Positions 61,725 through 64,000 of a stretch of DNA of 64,000 bases are shown piece after piece (position 1 is the first letter of the stretch; each line of letters opens with the position of its first letter). The notes under the pieces were generated by a model. It made no database searches and was not told the origin of the DNA. It worked only from the letters and a program-made list of their open reading frames with translations. The translations under genes and the position numbers were made by a program. Origin of the DNA: Callorhinchus milii (lineage: Eukaryota); the NCBI RefSeq assembly GCF_018977255.1, contig NW_024704742.1:44084001-44148000 (forward strand). The letters are read 5' to 3'.

Positions 61725-62515
61725 ACGGCGTAGAGGTCCAGGTGGACGAAAAAGCAGAGGGCAGCCAGTACTTGGCATCTGAAGTGAGGATCGAGGGTGT
61801 GGAGGAGGTACTGGGTTGTGGAGAACACAATTTTGGGATTATTTTTGGGTTAGAGAATTACCTGCGAGTAGAAAGCAGTTTTGGCTTGAGAGAGGGAGCG
61901 GTGGTAGGTGTGAAGTTGCTCGAGCCGCATTTGGCAGTGAAACGTTTTGTACCATCTGCACTCCAGTGACCTGGTTTGGGATTTGAAGGAGTGGAGGTGA
62001 CTGTCGTACTACGTGGAACGGGTAGGCTTAGAGACGCACCTGGTTTTCAGCGGGAAGAGGGAATTGAAAGTTGAGGTGTGGTGATTATTTAGCAACTTGA
62101 CGGCCACTTCTGGATCACTATGAGTGGAAGGCAGAGGGAGAGAAGGTCTGAGGATGAGGGGGCATTTGTGAAGGAATTGGGTGGAAACTTTTTCCATGGG
62201 CGGAAAACAAAGGTGGAGGGCTTGGAGGAAGGGAGGGTGATATGAGTGCAGCGAGGGATGAGGAAGTGATCTGAGATGGCCTTGTCTGTGATGAACAGAA
62301 CAGTGATGTCTAGCCTATGGGTGATGACGAAGGTGAGGAGGTAGCCACAGTTGTGGATCAGGAAGTTTACGTGGAGGGTGAGGTTTAGGGTGGAGAGGAG
62401 GGCAGCGAAGTCAGAGGAGATTGGGCAGGAGGAATTGAAATTGCTCATTATGAGAAGGTGTTTTGTGCAGAGGGAGAGGGGTGGGAGGAGAGTGGAGATA
62501 TCCGCAAGGTTATCG
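61725..62515 (-). mobile_element. L2 LINE endonuclease/linker fragment
   Basis: LLIMSNFN...TDKAISDHFLI (APE SDH motif); similar to 12250-12560 and 11400-11560. Confidence 0.8.
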
Positions 62516-62795
62516 CTGAACAGATCGACTTCAAGATCCTCACACTCGTTTTCAAATCCCTTCATGCTCTGGCAACCCCTACCCCTCCGACCTGCTTACT
62601 CCCAAACCCACTACCTGCTGCCTCCACTCGACTGGCTCCAGTCTCCTGCATGTCCCTCATGCCCTCTGTTCCACCATTGGAGGTCGTGCTTTCAGCCACT
62701 AAACCCCGAAACTCGCCTCCCCTGGCTCAGCATCGTGGTCTGCCAATGTCAAGTGCTTTGGAATGTTACCCTGTGTGAGGGGCGCTAGTTAAATA
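62516..62795 (+). mobile_element. L2 LINE 3' end
   Basis: EQIDFKILTLVFKSLHALA; tail gttaccctgtgtgaggggcgcta. Confidence 0.82.
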
Positions 62796-62799
62796 AAGT

Positions 62800-64000
62800 T
62801 AGAAACATAGGAATTAGAAGCAGGAGAAGGCCATTTGGCCCCTTGAGTCTGCCCCGCCATTCAGTAAGATCAGGGCTGATCTTCTCACCTAACTCCATCT
62901 GCCCGCCTTATCCCTATATCCCTTAATTCCTCTATCCTTTAGAAATCCATCAGTCTCAGTCTTGAATATGTTCACGGACTGAGCATCCACAGCCTTCTGG
63001 GATAGAAAATTCCATAAATTCACTACCCTTTGAGTGAAGAAGTTTCCACAACTCTGTTCGAAAGGGCTGTCCCTTAATCTTAAGACTGTGACCCCTAGTT
63101 ATAGATTCTCCTACCAGGGGAAACAGTCTTGCACCGTCTACTCTGTCAAGCTCCATAAGAATCTTATATGTTTCTATAAGATCACCCCTAATTCTTCTAT
63201 ATTCTAAAGAATATAGGCCAAGTTTACTCAACCTATCCTCATAGGTCAACCCCCTCATCCCAGGAACTAACCTAGTGAATCTACGCTGCACCCCTCTAAG
63301 GTGAGTATGTCATTTCTTAAATAAGGAGACCAAAACTGCACGCAATATTGTAGGTGCGGTCTCAACAAGGCCCTATGCAGTTGCAGCAAAACTTCCCTAT
63401 TCTTGTATTCTAACCCTTTTGCAATAAACGCCAACATGCCATTAGCCTTCCTAGTTGCTTGCTGTACCTACATACTAACTTTTCATGGTGTACGAAGACA
63501 TCCAAATCCCTCTAACGCTATCTAGTGTCTCCCCTTCTAGGAAATAATCTGCTTTTCTGTTTTTACTACCTAGGTGAATAACTTCACACTTCTCCACATT
63601 ATGTTCCATCTGCTACCTTCTTGCCCACTCACCTAGCCTATCTATATCCCTTTGTATTCTTTTTGTGTCATCCTCAGAGCTTATTCTCCCACCTAGCTTA
63701 GTATCACCCGCGTATTTAGATATCTTAAGTTCTATGTCCTCATCTAGATCATTGATATAGATTGTAAAGAGTTGAGGCCAAAGCACTGATCCTTGTGGCA
63801 CTCTACTAGTCACATCTTGCCAATCTGAGAAGGTCCCGTTTATCCCTACTCTGTTTTCTTTCCGTTAGCCGCTCTTCGATCCGTGCTAATATATTGCCTT
63901 TAATTCCATGGGCCCTAATCTTGTGTGGCACCTTGTCGAATGCCTTCTGAAAATCTAAATATACTACATCTACTGGTTCCCCCCTATCTAGCCTGCTAGT
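62800..64000 (-). mobile_element. CR1 LINE 3' portion (RT and C-terminus), degenerate, runs off the window
   Basis: VPQGSVLWPQLFTIYINDLD...KYAGDTKLGG (catalytic ADD decayed); QRRFTRLVPGMRGLTYEDRLSKLGLYSLEYRRIRGDLIETYKI. Confidence 0.92.

Overview
Eukaryotic (vertebrate) genomic DNA, not a prokaryotic accessory region. The repeat content (tRNA-headed L2-tailed SINEs, Deu-domain SINEs, CR1 and L2 relics, a Penelope-type fragment) suggests a cartilaginous fish, possibly a holocephalan; this is inference. Two spliced genes were reconstructed by hand. The first is a five-exon cholecystokinin A receptor (CCKAR, minus strand, CDS 25990->20464; only the exon-1 donor is ambiguous). The second is the first 11 coding exons of TBC1D19 (plus strand, ATG 42986, continuing beyond the window). 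They are arranged head-to-head, as in the RBPJ-CCKAR-TBC1D19 block known from other vertebrates. The rest is dense with retroposon fragments. I found no convincing wholly new biological system. The most notable oddities are: a tiny TBC1D19 CpG promoter sandwiched between a 1.7-kb TG-rich minisatellite and a 0.5-kb G-run array; two unexplained pairs of long inverted arms in the intergenic region; a modular SINE whose central domain and L2-type 3' stem-loop vary between subfamilies; a decayed hammerhead ribozyme core; a 94-bp mariner-type MITE; a local tandem duplication; and a circularly permuted repeat flanking TBC1D19 exon 11. Repeat boundaries are approximate (read by eye). Exon boundaries were checked base by base.
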